Positions 1 to 20,799 of a DNA stretch of 64,000 nt are shown one piece after another. The position numbers and the translations under genes were made by a program. Below the pieces are notes generated by a model. The model searched no databases, was not told the DNA's origin, and was given only the letters and a program-made list of their open reading frames with translations. The DNA lies in NCBI GenBank assembly GCA_036172245.1, contig JAYWIR010000040.1, forward strand, positions 1,674,001 through 1,738,000, given 5' to 3'. This stretch comes from Raillietiella orientalis (taxonomy: Eukaryota). The stretch's first letter is position 1. Every line of letters starts with the position of its first letter.

Positions 1-588
1 ATGATAGAAATGAATGGGTGTCGTAACGAGGAGGACTGCAAAAAGGACAGTAAAAGCCCCCAGCGGCAAACGTGCTGCCTCCTGGACAACGGAGAAAAAT
101 GCGCCAGGGTAGCTGGTAATGCGTCGTACAGCAAAAGAATAGAGAAAACCGTGGGTCAGAGGAAACTGAAGCTGCTCGTGGATCACAACGTAAGTACCTG
201 CGTGTGATTGGAAAATTATTTACGTCTTGGTTGGTTTAAGGCGCAGCACAATTACATTTGCGATTATCATAAATCCGTCATACAGTCCATACGGACGAAA
301 AGAAAGAGGAGAGATTCCGAAGATAAGGATGGCGAGGATCAAGATAAACCTGAAGTAGACTTATATCAGCTGCAGTTGAACACGCTTCGAAGATACAAGA
401 AACACTTTAAAATTCCATCCCAGCCTGGGATTAATAAGGCGCAGCTGACTGATATTTTAACATGTCATTTCAAAACTATTCCTGTTTCTGAGAAAGAAAC
501 ACTGACGTTTTTTATTTACATGATCAAGTCTCAGAGGTCAAAACTAGACCAAAAACTGGGGAGCCCATCTCACTCAGATGCTATTTAA
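1..588 (+). CDS. SAP30L: Sin3/HDAC complex subunit SAP30/SAP30L; exons 1-189 and 241-588 (~178 aa; true start may be Met at nt 10 or lie upstream of the window)
   Basis: MNG..EED N-terminus, [10 protein letters not shown]...GNASYSKRI zinc finger completed by HNYICDYHK after a 51-nt GT..AG intron (190-240), basic NLS (RTKRKRR), Sin3-binding domain [19 protein letters not shown]...[10 protein letters not shown]. Confidence 0.95.
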
Positions 589-673
589 ACATAGCATCTA
601 GCAACTTTCCAAGTTCTATAACTCGAAGATGTAAAGCAGATATTTAAATAACCACAGAAATAAAACTGGATAA

Positions 674-2780
674 TCACCAACCACTACTGGAATACCAATT
701 GCGTCCATGAGTTTTCTTACTTGCTTGGAAATCAGATCTGGGAAACCACATTTAAACTTTACTAAACTAACAAGTAACTTACTTCTGATCTCCCATCAAA
801 AACTGTGGCTCTAACACAATTAATTCTTCTTCACTACTGTCACCACTGAGTTCTGTAAATCAGCACAGTAATGTCAAATGATATGAAAGCTCTACTACCG
901 ATCTGTTCCACTTTTTTATCTTCTGGCCTGATCTGCTCCATTACCTCTATATCTGATAAATCCGAACTGAGGTCCATTTTTTTCGGATTCAACATGTTTG
1001 CATCCTGGCTGTCAGCAACTGTTTCTTTTGGAACAGCAAGGCATTCATTCTGATAATTGGCATCTGTTTCTTTCTGACTTGAAATGCTTTCACCATCACA
1101 AACATCAGTATAGAGGGCCTCAACCACTCCATCCTGAGTATTCAACACCTGCATGACTTCTGTTTGTTCCACAACACTCTCCTCAAAAGAAATCACATTG
1201 GGGCGGAACTGAAACAGTTGTTCAGGGGTCCAGGAAGCCTTCAGCTGATCCATGTTTAAAGAGTTGGCCAGACCCACATGGTTACCAGATGCTCTATTCT
1301 CTAGATAGAAAACATAGCCTTCCATTTCTGGAATACCTGCTTAAACGATCTTCCTGGATTTTGTCCTTAAGCATTTTGCACAGCTGTATTACGTGCATGG
1401 CAGCAATTTGCGTGCACCTGCTCACTTGTTCCACCATTAACAGTGTGCATCCAACTAAGTGTAATGTACACAACTCTTTGTATGGATTCATGCCAACTAC
1501 CATTTTCCCTTCCATCACACGCTCTTCCAGATCCGTAGGATCTGCCACTAAGTATTTGCTATCACATTAGGAAGCATTTGATTGGAAATTCGTCCATGTT
1601 CTTACCCTTCTCGGAAAAACGCAAACGTGGCCAACAAGGGTAAATGGTGCAAAGTTAAAGGCAAGGGATCTTTTTCATCAAAAGAGTGAATTATTATTTC
1701 TTCACCAACTTTGCTGACATCTGGATGACGAAAATGCATCAAGGATGTTAATACAGCTACACTACAGCAATCAGCAAGGCTGCCATCATTATTTAGGATA
1801 TGCACATCAACATGGATGCTCCATACCTGCAGTCAACTACTTAAATTGCCAAATGTAAATATCAAAAACCTTTTCTTCTGTGACAATACAGAGAGCTTCC
1901 AAATCCAGGCAATGGGAATCCTTGAAGATTCTCTCCAGCAAGCAGTTAATTTCTATGCTTGTTTCTGTTTGCTTGGAATAACCAAATGTATTTGCCACAG
2001 GTGACAGCTCCACATTGATGTGCAGCTGACCTTCATTGGGATATGCTGCTTTTGGTTGCACTAACTCGCAAGATGCTTGTGCTAAAACACTGCAAAAATC
2101 TCAGCAGGATTGATTTGCTATTCTTATTGTATGTATATGAGCAATGTAGTGCTTACAGAGTTTTTCCCAGTTGCACTTGACAGCAGCCTATTTCTTTTGC
2201 AAAGGTTATCTGAACATTCCTGAAATCATATGGACTTCTGCCATCAATTCTCTGAAAAATAGCATGTGACATTAATATACATGCAATGTTGTCCACAATC
2301 AGGGTAAGTTGTCAAAAGTATACTTTGTCATACATGGCTCTTTCAACACAAACTTATCAGCCAAGTGCATACAAACAAAATATTGTTCACTGTGCTGTAA
2401 AAATGCAATGTGATGTTGACTTTTGAAATGTTTACATCAAAATGAATTTTGAAATTTCAGATGTTATTCATATTGAAATGTGGACAAAATATTTAATGTA
2501 ACTTATGGTTATCTCTTTGTTGTGTGGTTTTCCACTGGTGGGTACAAAAAGTTCACTCTCAATTATTATAGTTTTGTTCAGCATAAAACTTGAAATCTTA
2601 GTTTGTGAACAGATTGCTTTAATTTCGTGATCACAATGCGTTGCAATCACTGTCCTAAATTAAGTACTTCACAACACTAACACTCCTTGGTTGAAAATTA
2701 ACTATTGAAAGGTGACTAACCATGCCCTCCTCCAAGGCTTTGAGGACAAACTCCTTCTCACAAATTGATATGTCCTTCAT
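674..2780 (-). CDS. EXOSC9: Exosome complex component RRP45/EXOSC9; exons 2780-2721, 2251-2157, 2089-1870, 1826-1606, 1558-1337, 1293-899, 852-783, 737-674 (~448 aa)
   Basis: RNase PH motifs CEKEFVLKAL / RIDGRSPYDFR / CLDLEALCI / VWSIHVDVHILNNDGSLADC / DPTDLEE and a C-terminal acidic SIM-like DSSEEELIVLE. All 7 introns are GT..AG with consistent phases, and the spliced length of 1347 nt is divisible by 3. Confidence 0.93.
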
Positions 2781-5700
2781 CGCAAGCTCCCAAAATGGCA
2801 AATTTCAAGTTCTTAACAAGTTTTCGAACTTAATCACAACCACAAACCTTGATCTTCTTAGGATGTGTTGGAGATAAGCCTTGTCATGAAAAGTAAACAA
2901 AGTTCCTTTTTATAAAATCCGATTTGCGAGTTGAAAAAGTGCTAGATGAAAGGTGAACTCATATATTCGATACATTATTTCCAGAAATTAATATGGCACA
3001 TACGAAATACATGTTGCACCTCATATGGTTAGAATTGTAAGAATTGTTCTCGGCAGGTTCAGCAACAAGCATTCCACCAGTAATGTGATACAGAGGTACA
3101 ACAAGAGCACTGATACAATACTGTCAGAAACGTAAATCAACTGAATTCCCAGTTTGCATTACATGCAAAAGAATTTTCCAAGAGCCGCACTATGTGAGAA
3201 TGCAATTGAATTTTAGTTGACGTTAAAAGTCGGTCAGGTTCTAAGAATTACGGGCATACAAAGAAAATTTTCTGAGTATGCTTGCATCTTTGATGTTTTG
3301 AAAACCATGATTCTTGAATACCGCAATTTATTTTCCTCGTGGCTTTATGATGAAGGAATCTGTAATCCCTTTGGAAAGGCCAGTCAGTGTGCGAAAAGCC
3401 AAAGACACTCAGAAGAGAGAGACGGGAAAAAAAAAGCATGGGGCATTTTAATGAGGGGGGGGGGGGCAAATAAAATCAAATTACGTGCAAGACATTTCTG
3501 TAACCACGTTATGTCATAAATCTAGGTTTCCGAAAACAAGTCTTGTATCAGAGGTCAAAAGACGTGACAATTACGTAGATGTCAGATTAATTTGATGCTC
3601 GCTCCAAAGAAAGAAAAAACCTTTCCGGTTAACGCAACATGATCTGAATAACTCCGATATCTTTCAAACCAATTGAAAAGAGGCATTAAGAACACAAGGT
3701 TACACTAAATGCAAGCATCGTGATTTCGGAAAATTTGTATTCCAAAAGTTGGAAAAACGATACAAGTTATGGCTGTGTTGAATGAAATATTAAAAGTAAA
3801 GAAGAAAAAAAAAAGGCTGTCGACGCATTTAGTTAAGAATCTCGCACCGGATTCCGCGCAAAAAAAAAAAAAACCATTTCATTTCAGTCGAGCATGGCAT
3901 ATTGAAAATTGCAACATTTATTTATAAGTACTGATCAGTGTTCTCAACCTTATTTCGCATGCTGCTAATTTGACATTCATCACGAAATACTCAAAATGTT
4001 TACGAAAATTATCTGGGGATCACTACATTATATGTATCTCATTTTTAGTATTTAGCAGCATCATATTCAGCTTTCCAAGCGTAGCTCATGTTTGCCTTTG
4101 AGAAACCAGCTACTCAACTGAAGTGACTCCATTTTTGCATTTTTGCGTCTGTCAGAATTGACAGTAAGAATGTGAATTGAAATGTGAACAGTGAGAACAT
4201 GAATTTACAGTAAAGCTACAATGAATTTCATCGTATAAAACAGGTGCATCGCACTTCTACCCTGCAGATCTTAACTACGTATGAATACTACCTCCGCTGC
4301 ACGCATATATTTATAGGAGCGCATACGGAGTTCCCCAATTGAAAAAGCTTGAAAAGTACTCTAATTAATGCTTTTCTATAACATGGAGTTCAATGTTGAA
4401 AATGAAAAAACTCTATTTGTCTATATCTTTTTCAGCCTAGGACGGCACACTGAGGTCTTCTCGGTAAACAGTTCTAGCAGCCTGGTTGAACAAATGAACA
4501 CAGTTTCCTTCTTTTTAAAAAAATAGAGTTCACAATTCACATGGATTGTTTAAAAGAGAGTCATGATGGTCGACACTTGAATAAAAATGGATGATTAGAA
4601 AGGTTGGTAGTTGCAGAATTTGTGGTTGTATGGAAAGCTTTTTTGTCTTCTAAAGCAAAGCCTAAAATTCAAGCACTATATAAGGTTCAGGTTTGCGATT
4701 ACTCACTTTATGTGTAAACTGACGATTAAACTATACTTGATTGTTTCATTACTCAGTTATGAGGTATGTTAATTACGTTGGAAATTCGGAAGAAAGTGCT
4801 CAGTTCGAATGAAGTGCTTATGAAAATTCACCATTTTAAACTTCGATTTCGTCACAACATGAGGTAGTGCGGTACATCACAGTTCTGGAGGAAAATTGTA
4901 TACATTTGAATCAATGATGTTGAGCTTTTGTTGTACGCTCCTTGGTCCATTCAGAGAACAGTGTTTAGTGTTGAAATACGAGGGAAAACGAAAACCTAGG
5001 AGAATATTTCGACAAGATCATCAGACTCCCGATATCATCGGTGGTTAGTAAGGAAAACATGCATTTCGAAACTGATGACGATTAACCATTAACTGCTTGC
5101 GATCCTTTAGATCTACTTAACACTGTATATTTGAAGTCCAGAATTCAACCGAACATTCGAATAATGATGGAATCATAAAGTGTTCATACTAAAAATACAT
5201 CCATGCTTTAATTTATTTCTTTTCCATAAAATTATGTACACATACTTACAATTCCGAATGAAAAACGCACAAAAAAGAATGCGATCAACTTATACACACT
5301 ACAGTGCAAAATATAAGAAAATATAGATTTTTTTTTTTTTAAAAAAAAACAACAACAACATTGTGAAAACACACTTTTCTTTATTCTATATAACAGTTTG
5401 CCTTGCACTACAGAAACTTGCAGATTTATTTCGTACTCATGGAGAGAACGAGGAGGAGATGGATTTTGTCAAAGCAACTGCCATTTCTTCATTTTCGAGT
5501 TTGCAAAATGTTTTATGAAGAACTGCAAAGTTTTCTTTTTTTTTTTCCAATGACAAATAGTTATCTGATGCTGCGGGAGCGATTTTCTCACCGATGCTCT
5601 ACGTTTGGCTAGGAGTACCATAGAAAAATACACTTGGAGATTCGGTGAAAAGCGACTGTTTCCTTTATTATCCGAGGGCTTTCCAAAAATAATGAGCATC

Positions 5701-5899
5701 CTGATACAACTCCAAATGATCAAGTCCAAACAGAGCAATCGCGACAAAAACGAGTTGGCCAAATAGTGGCTGCCTTTGCTGACCAGGGGACGTCTTCATC
5801 TCGACAAACACGCGTGAAATGCATGCGGGACATCTGGCGGCACGGCTTTGTTCCCTTGTTAACGACAGTTTTCTAGAATGCGGCGGCCATCCCTGGTAA

Positions 5900-7650
5900 A
5901 GATTCCCCCTTGGCTATTTCCTTGTCCCCTCCGAGCTCCTCTGCGGGGCGTCTGCTGCGGACGACGCAATTCGAGCGTGCGTTCGCAACGTCACTGCCGG
6001 CCTATCCAGCTGGCCGTAGTGGGAGAAACCGCAGTTTCGCTGTGGAAGGAGGGATGGCCCTGAGCTCCGACACCGTCCACATGCTGGTGGCATCTCTGGG
6101 AGAAGAACTGGTTCCCCTCAAGACCTCATTTGCTTGCAGGTGTCCGAAGTAGATCACCTGGCCTGGTTCCTGTTGTAAGGCGCAGGGATGCGTCCTCACT
6201 CGGTGTGGGACCTCCTGGAGGAGCTAGCTGGTGGTCTTCTGAAAGAGGCGCCTCGAGCTTACTACTCTTTGGGGTGTCCGCTAAAGGCTATTCATTCTGC
6301 GGGGCATCGCGCGAGCACAGATCAGTTTTGAAGAAACCAACAGTCGTTTCCTCGTTCTTGTTCTTTTTTGAAATCGTCCGTGAAAAAACATTACCGATCC
6401 ATCTCATGAAGGCGTTGACTTGCTTCAAAAATCGAATTTTTTTAGACACCTTCGTACGTTCTTGCTTTCGTGTTTTCGGATCTTCAGTTTTTATGCCAGC
6501 AGTACATCAGGCATGAACAGTGGATATACAATGGAACTTCAACGAAATGCTCTCATATAAGAAGGAAGCAAAGGCTACCACGAAGACCTGAGAGTGCATC
6601 GGGCGGAGGTGGCACTGCCAGCGAGGTGACCAGCAGATCCAAAGCATGAACGTCGAGGTCTGTGTTTCCAGAACACTGCAAAGATGCAGGCTGATTTGGA
6701 TACACAACTCATTTCATGTATTGCATGCACTCATGGGAAAGCGGGAAAACGAAAGGCACGGCTCTTGCTCGGAGCACTAGGTCATGAAGAGAACGTGATT
6801 ATGGGTTACCAAAAAAAAAAAAAACGTTGCAGTCACGGTAGTTTGCTTTTCAATCACTCTGATTTCGAGATCAAAACAAAATGAAGCTGAAGTGAGTAAA
6901 ATAAAAAATGACTCAAAAACTGAAACGAAAGAGACATGGTATTCATCAATGAAACTCTTCGTACTGCTATTTTGCTGACTGCATTTGTTATCCACAGGTG
7001 ACCAACGCTGAGTGGCAATTTCAAGTTATTTAAAAGCAATCAATCATAATAAGAATGACCGGAGCATTGGGATCGATCCGAGCGAGTGGCAGATTGCCCG
7101 GGGCAACAAAATGTCGCGTGAAAGGCAAACGGGGAGAGAACGAATTCCGTTCGTCGAGCAAACGCCACGAGCACGCAAAGCTGTGAAGGGAGAACCCGCA
7201 AACTTTGCCAATTCTGTACGAATTCTGTACGTGCACACGAGTGCACCGCATTCCGATCGCAAGTGAAGGCACCGCACTCGCGTGTCCATGAAAAAAGAGA
7301 CGGTACGAAGAAGAAATGGGGACACCCCTTTGGCGGCAGAGGAGGCGCCCGGATGCATTCCGCAACATCCGAGGGCGTAGCACCTGCCTCTGCTCGTGGT
7401 CGCAGGCGGAGTGAAACCTTTGGAACCCCCAATTTCGAAATGGGGACAGGCCGAGCCTCAGAGGCGATCTCCGCATCGTCCGAGGCTTTGGATAGCAACG
7501 CAACATCACCACCTAGCAGCAGAAGCACGCGCGAATCCTCCCAAGCGCATCGGCCCTGAGAACCATCCGACCAAAGGTCCTTCCATTTCTATGTCAACGG
7601 GGGCGATTGCCACCCGCTTTGCACGTTGCTCTCGGCGTCAGTGACCACCA
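5900..7650 (-). mobile_element. Highly decayed non-LTR retrotransposon RT remnant (RTE/L2/CR1-like)
   Basis: GC-richer island. Minus-strand LLLGGDVALLSKASDDAEIA...SKLGV (~7530-7420) parallels the RT YADD region and what follows it. RIRTELAKFAGSPFTALRARGV...LLP (~7230-7100) parallels the thumb, and there is an FGHL motif at ~6140. Boundaries are approximate. Confidence 0.45.
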
Positions 7651-8631
7651 TCCTGCGAAACTTAGCCGGAAGCAAACTTGAAACGTTCCACTGCACGGAG
7701 ATTGAACAGGTCATCTCGTAGCATTTCGCCAATTGAGCACGATGTCGTTCGAAATTTCATGATTGGATCCATAGTGAGACACAGCCCAAAAGCGTGTTGA
7801 TGAAAAGATAGGGTCATGGTGCAAGAGCACTGGTTTGCAGGCAATACCTCGGGCAGCGTCGGCATGCCTTACGAGTCTCTTTTTTTTTCTTTCTTTTCTC
7901 AATCGAGACCGAAATCCCAAGTCCTGGATTGTACACACCTTGGGCTGTTAAACGCAGCACCTGCATAGTTTGAATCTGTCTTGGAGCCTTCGTTTATGCA
8001 CGCGTAGCTATCTCGTGGATTCCCTCGGAGTCAAGGACCCACGCACGCAACGCAGAACACGTTAAGCATTCACAATTCGGGGGGCATTGCCTGACCTCTG
8101 ATCCAACACACAATCCAGATAATCGGTAATTCTGGTATGCTTTTTAAATCATAAAAGGAATTATATGCTGGATTGTGCACATATATATTTTGATGATTTC
8201 CATCACATCCCCTGCGTGTACCAAAGAGGAGCTTTAATTTTTGTTGGTCAGGAAATTGCAAACTGTTACAGTGCCACAGTCGCCACTGTTACAGCTTGGT
8301 TAATGTAGGTTGGGAGAGGACTTTGGATTATGGCTGCCACAGAAAACTAGGCAACAGTTTTTATGAAACTTCTACATTTTTGCTGATGGTGTCCTGTATG
8401 GAGAATCTCTTTCGACATCACCACTTCAGCAGACAAAACCTTCAAGGATATTGTTTACTGGTAGTGCTTCCGTGGAAATACATAGACTGGAAAGTGCTTG
8501 ACATGTTTTACTGTAATGTAAAATGTAAGGAAAATGCATGTTCACTGACACAAAACCTTTTACTTGTCTTTTTTTTTTTTCTTTTCTGTTTTTGAATTTC
8601 TGTTTCTTACATGATTGTATTAAATTATAAT

Positions 8632-17085
<8,454 letters not shown>

Positions 17086-17763
17086 GTAGGTAAATTTCTT
17101 GGTTTTCCAAAATTTTCAAACTACCTAAAAAGCTTTCTGTCAAGGTTGGATTCTGAATTATAATTTTACGAGTTTCTTTTTAAACAGTGGGAATAAAGCA
17201 CTTTTCCAAGATGAAATTTGCAAAAACATAACAGTCAGGATAAATACAGGGCCTAAAAAAAAAAAAATCATTTCATAAGGAAACTGAATGTAATCGAAGA
17301 ATCATACAAAAAAGAATATGAACCATCAAGAACTGTATTTTTTTCTCAGCTCATTGGCTAACACAAAGGCACATTGCATTTTCATAAGGAAAAAAATTGA
17401 AAATAAAATCACATATAAATAACGACACTACGTTAAATAAGTTTAAATGATATACTGTGATACATAATGATAACAAGATATACTGTCAGGATAATCTGAA
17501 AGAACGTTGAAGTCATAATTTATTGAAAATTCCAATGAGGAACCCTTGGGAGTAATCTACATGGAACTGTCAAACTAGTTTGGTATTGACTTTAGCATTG
17601 AACTATCCGCTTTTCCGAAAAATAAATAACCACAGAGTAAAGACGGTATGAAAAATCACACAAGCCGAGTTATGCATTCATAAAATATTTAACTCGACTC
17701 TTATTTCTTCATGAAACGGTAACTACACCTCAAAACTCGATGACCGATTCACATATCTGCAAG

Positions 17764-18067
17764 CAGGTTACAGAATTGGGGAGAGACGGGAATAAAAACA
17801 AAAACTTGAAGTTTGAAAAAGGGCAACAGCGGCAGCACAAAGGGTGCTCTTGAAACAATTCACGTATTTCTAAGAACCGATTTGAAATTCCATCAGAATT
17901 TGGCTGACAATCACGTTAAGGATATGATTCTTAACAAATAATTCCTTTCACTACACGTGAATTATTCTATCCATTCTAACGATTATCATTTTACTGAAGG
18001 GGTTCAAAAATTCATTATCTTCGACCTCCCATCACGAATTAAATGAAATTCTCCAGCGCATCCACCA
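17764..18067 (+). repeat. ~300-bp direct repeat, copy 1
   Basis: Aligns by eye with 19353-19647 from CAGGTTACAGAATTGG to TCCACCA, including an identical core ACCGATTTGAAATTCCATCAGAATTTGGCTGACAATCACGTTAAGGATATGATTCTTAACAAA. Confidence 0.95.
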
Positions 18068-19352
18068 AATCGTAAATTCTTTTGGGAAAACACAATATTT
18101 ACCAGCATTATCATTATTGAAACTGCACAAATTACTTTAGGTGGGAAATTTATTCGAACCACGGGCACATTTTCCGAGGTGACGAACACACACACAGAAC
18201 CGAAGTTTTCAAAGGCCACTCATACACTTCTCACAACGACTGTTCCAATTTAAAAACTTTTCGCGCAGTACGTGCAACTTCCAAACACTCAATTTGCCCC
18301 CAAAAATTATTAATAGGAATTGTTTTTAATGCAGAGCATATTGGAATGGAGATTAATCACATATTCATTTTTCATGTGGTACATACACCCTTGAGTCATG
18401 TAAAATGCACTGGGTGTTCAGAAAACAAAATTATTGCAGCTTTGCACATCGTGTACGTAATGAGATTACGTATCAAATCTAGGACAAGACGAATGCATCA
18501 ACTGTGGTCCATCTTTAATTCAGCTGGATCTTTATGTACTTTCATGTACTTAGTACACTTCATGGAGGATCAAAAAAGCCAAAGTGGGAAGGATCTATCT
18601 ATGGCCACCTATACCCGGATGCCGATAAATTAGCCATGAAATTTACATTACAGCTTATTTACTTTCCAATTGAAAAATTTAGTAGGCATTTTCCTTTGGA
18701 TGATGAATCATAACTCTCGTAGGAAAGTGGAGATGAAAGCATTTTCTGCATATCTGGAAAGATCATCATTCAATGTTTTCAGGGAGGCGGTGGAATTTCC
18801 GGTTGAACACATAATAAAACCATTCAGTTCTGGAAAAACACACACAAAAAACAAGGAACAAATTCATTTTCTGCATGAACATTTTTTCTTTCGCCACATT
18901 TCAGTTCACCTCATATTGGTTTAGTGCTCTGCTAGATTGAATTTCGCGCTAAATTTTGCTTATTTTCTTCAAGTATCTTCTTATTTTTTTGAAGTTTAGA
19001 AGATTCTAATGGCTTATCATAAACTCAGGAAAGCACCAAGTATTTTGTGGCTTCGTAATTTCTCCCTTTTCAATATTACGACAATCCCACATGTCTCTGA
19101 TATGATTAGCAGCTGTTAAACACAAGCAGCACTCAGGAAAAAGTCTTCCCCTCAAATTTTATAAGGTGTTTGCAACGTAATTAAGTTCTAACGTATTAAT
19201 TACAAGATCGAGCTCGAAGATCGTTGTGGTATTTCGTTAGCCTAGATGGAGCTGATTGCTACTTTATGAAAAACTACAATGTGCACAGTGTTTTATGTGC
19301 TGAAACCCTCTGGTACTCTATGAATATAGAGTGTTTACAGCAGATGTACAGT

Positions 19353-19647
19353 CAGGTTACAGAATTGGAGAGAGACGGAGTAAAAAAAACAACTTGAAGT
19401 GTAGAAAAAGAGCAGCATAAAGGGTGCTTTTGAGACAATTCATATATTTCTAAGGACCGATTTGAAATTCCATCAGAATTTGGCTGACAATCACGTTAAG
19501 GATATGATTCTTAACAAACGATTCCTTTCATTACACGTGAATTGTTCCATCCATTTTAATGATTATCATTTTACTGAAGGGGTACGAAAATTCATTATCT
19601 TTGAATTCCCTTCCCGAAATAAATGAAATTCTCCAGCACATCCACCA
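19353..19647 (+). repeat. ~300-bp direct repeat, copy 2
   Basis: Same alignment as copy 1 (17764-18067). Confidence 0.95.
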
Positions 19648-20799
19648 TCCATCCAGCCAGCAGAAAGAAAAATCCAAATCTGCATCTCAGTTTAAGATGT
19701 TTGGTGGATTCATCGCAGGAATTCATATCCAGTCTACTAGGATTCCGTTAGTTCAATAATTGCAACTTTAAAACAGAGCGAATATCTCTAAATGTGTTTC
19801 CACGGCTTCTGAGATTTTCAGCGTTAATCGTTGCGCTGTGAAACCCACTCTCACTCTCACTCTCTTGGCTTTGCAAGCACTTGAAGGTGCTGTCTAAAGT
19901 ACTTGCGATGTTTGCATAACCAAGCAAAGTATTCAAGGCACATGACAAGGAGAAAAAAAGGATACGAATTCACAAAATTTCCTCTTTTTTTTGCCACGCT
20001 TTCTTATGCATTATTTCGTACTGAGAAATTTGTAAATCTCGTCCAGTTGACATCTTAGTGTTAAAATGACACTAGCTGAATTGTTCAGAGTGTTTCCCTT
20101 AGAGCTTCCCCTTCCAAACCAAGACAGCAGTGTTGGTTTGGAAGGGGAAGCTCACATCTCTGCCAGCTCTGTCTCACATCTCAAAGATGTGATCAACACG
20201 AGCGCATTCCTGAGATATTCGTCTGGCAGCCTCGGCTTCCAATACATGTGGAGAGCTCCGATGCCTACTCTCCATCGGCTTGCGTGTGCTCTCAGTGTCC
20301 GTCGCAGTGCCAATCCCCGCTGGAAGTGGGTTTCGACTACATCTGGATTCCTTTAGCATTCGTCCAAGTGTATCCACGTTTATTGTCAAGGAAACGTGTG
20401 AAGTGTGCAGTAGTGTAGAAGTTTGCAACAGGGACGACAAATCTCCTTCACGTACTAAGGAATACATTTGTTTCCCTCTTCGTGACCAGACGGGATTCAT
20501 TCAGGCAGTTGCGTGATTGCAAACCAAAGGCCGAGAACTCTAACGGAACAGCACGAAAGTCCGAACCGTTTCCCGGAGCTCACAAGGATTTTTAAAGTTT
20601 TGTGCCTTGATGTGGCGCTCTGATGATCCTCGTTGGCACCCATCCCCGTCGTACTTCTAAGCTCCATTCGCTAAGGATATGCAGCCGCTGTGTGTATGCG
20701 AAGGAGTGACTCACCCTTGGTTGGGCACCGCATCAGGAATCTCGGCCCATTGTCCCGAGTCTCAGCTTTCATCCCGTTCGGACCCGCTTCGGTGCAGGC

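Noticed and set aside
17764..19647. LTR retrotransposon
   Set aside because: No TG..CA termini, PBS/PPT or gag-pol remnants are visible.
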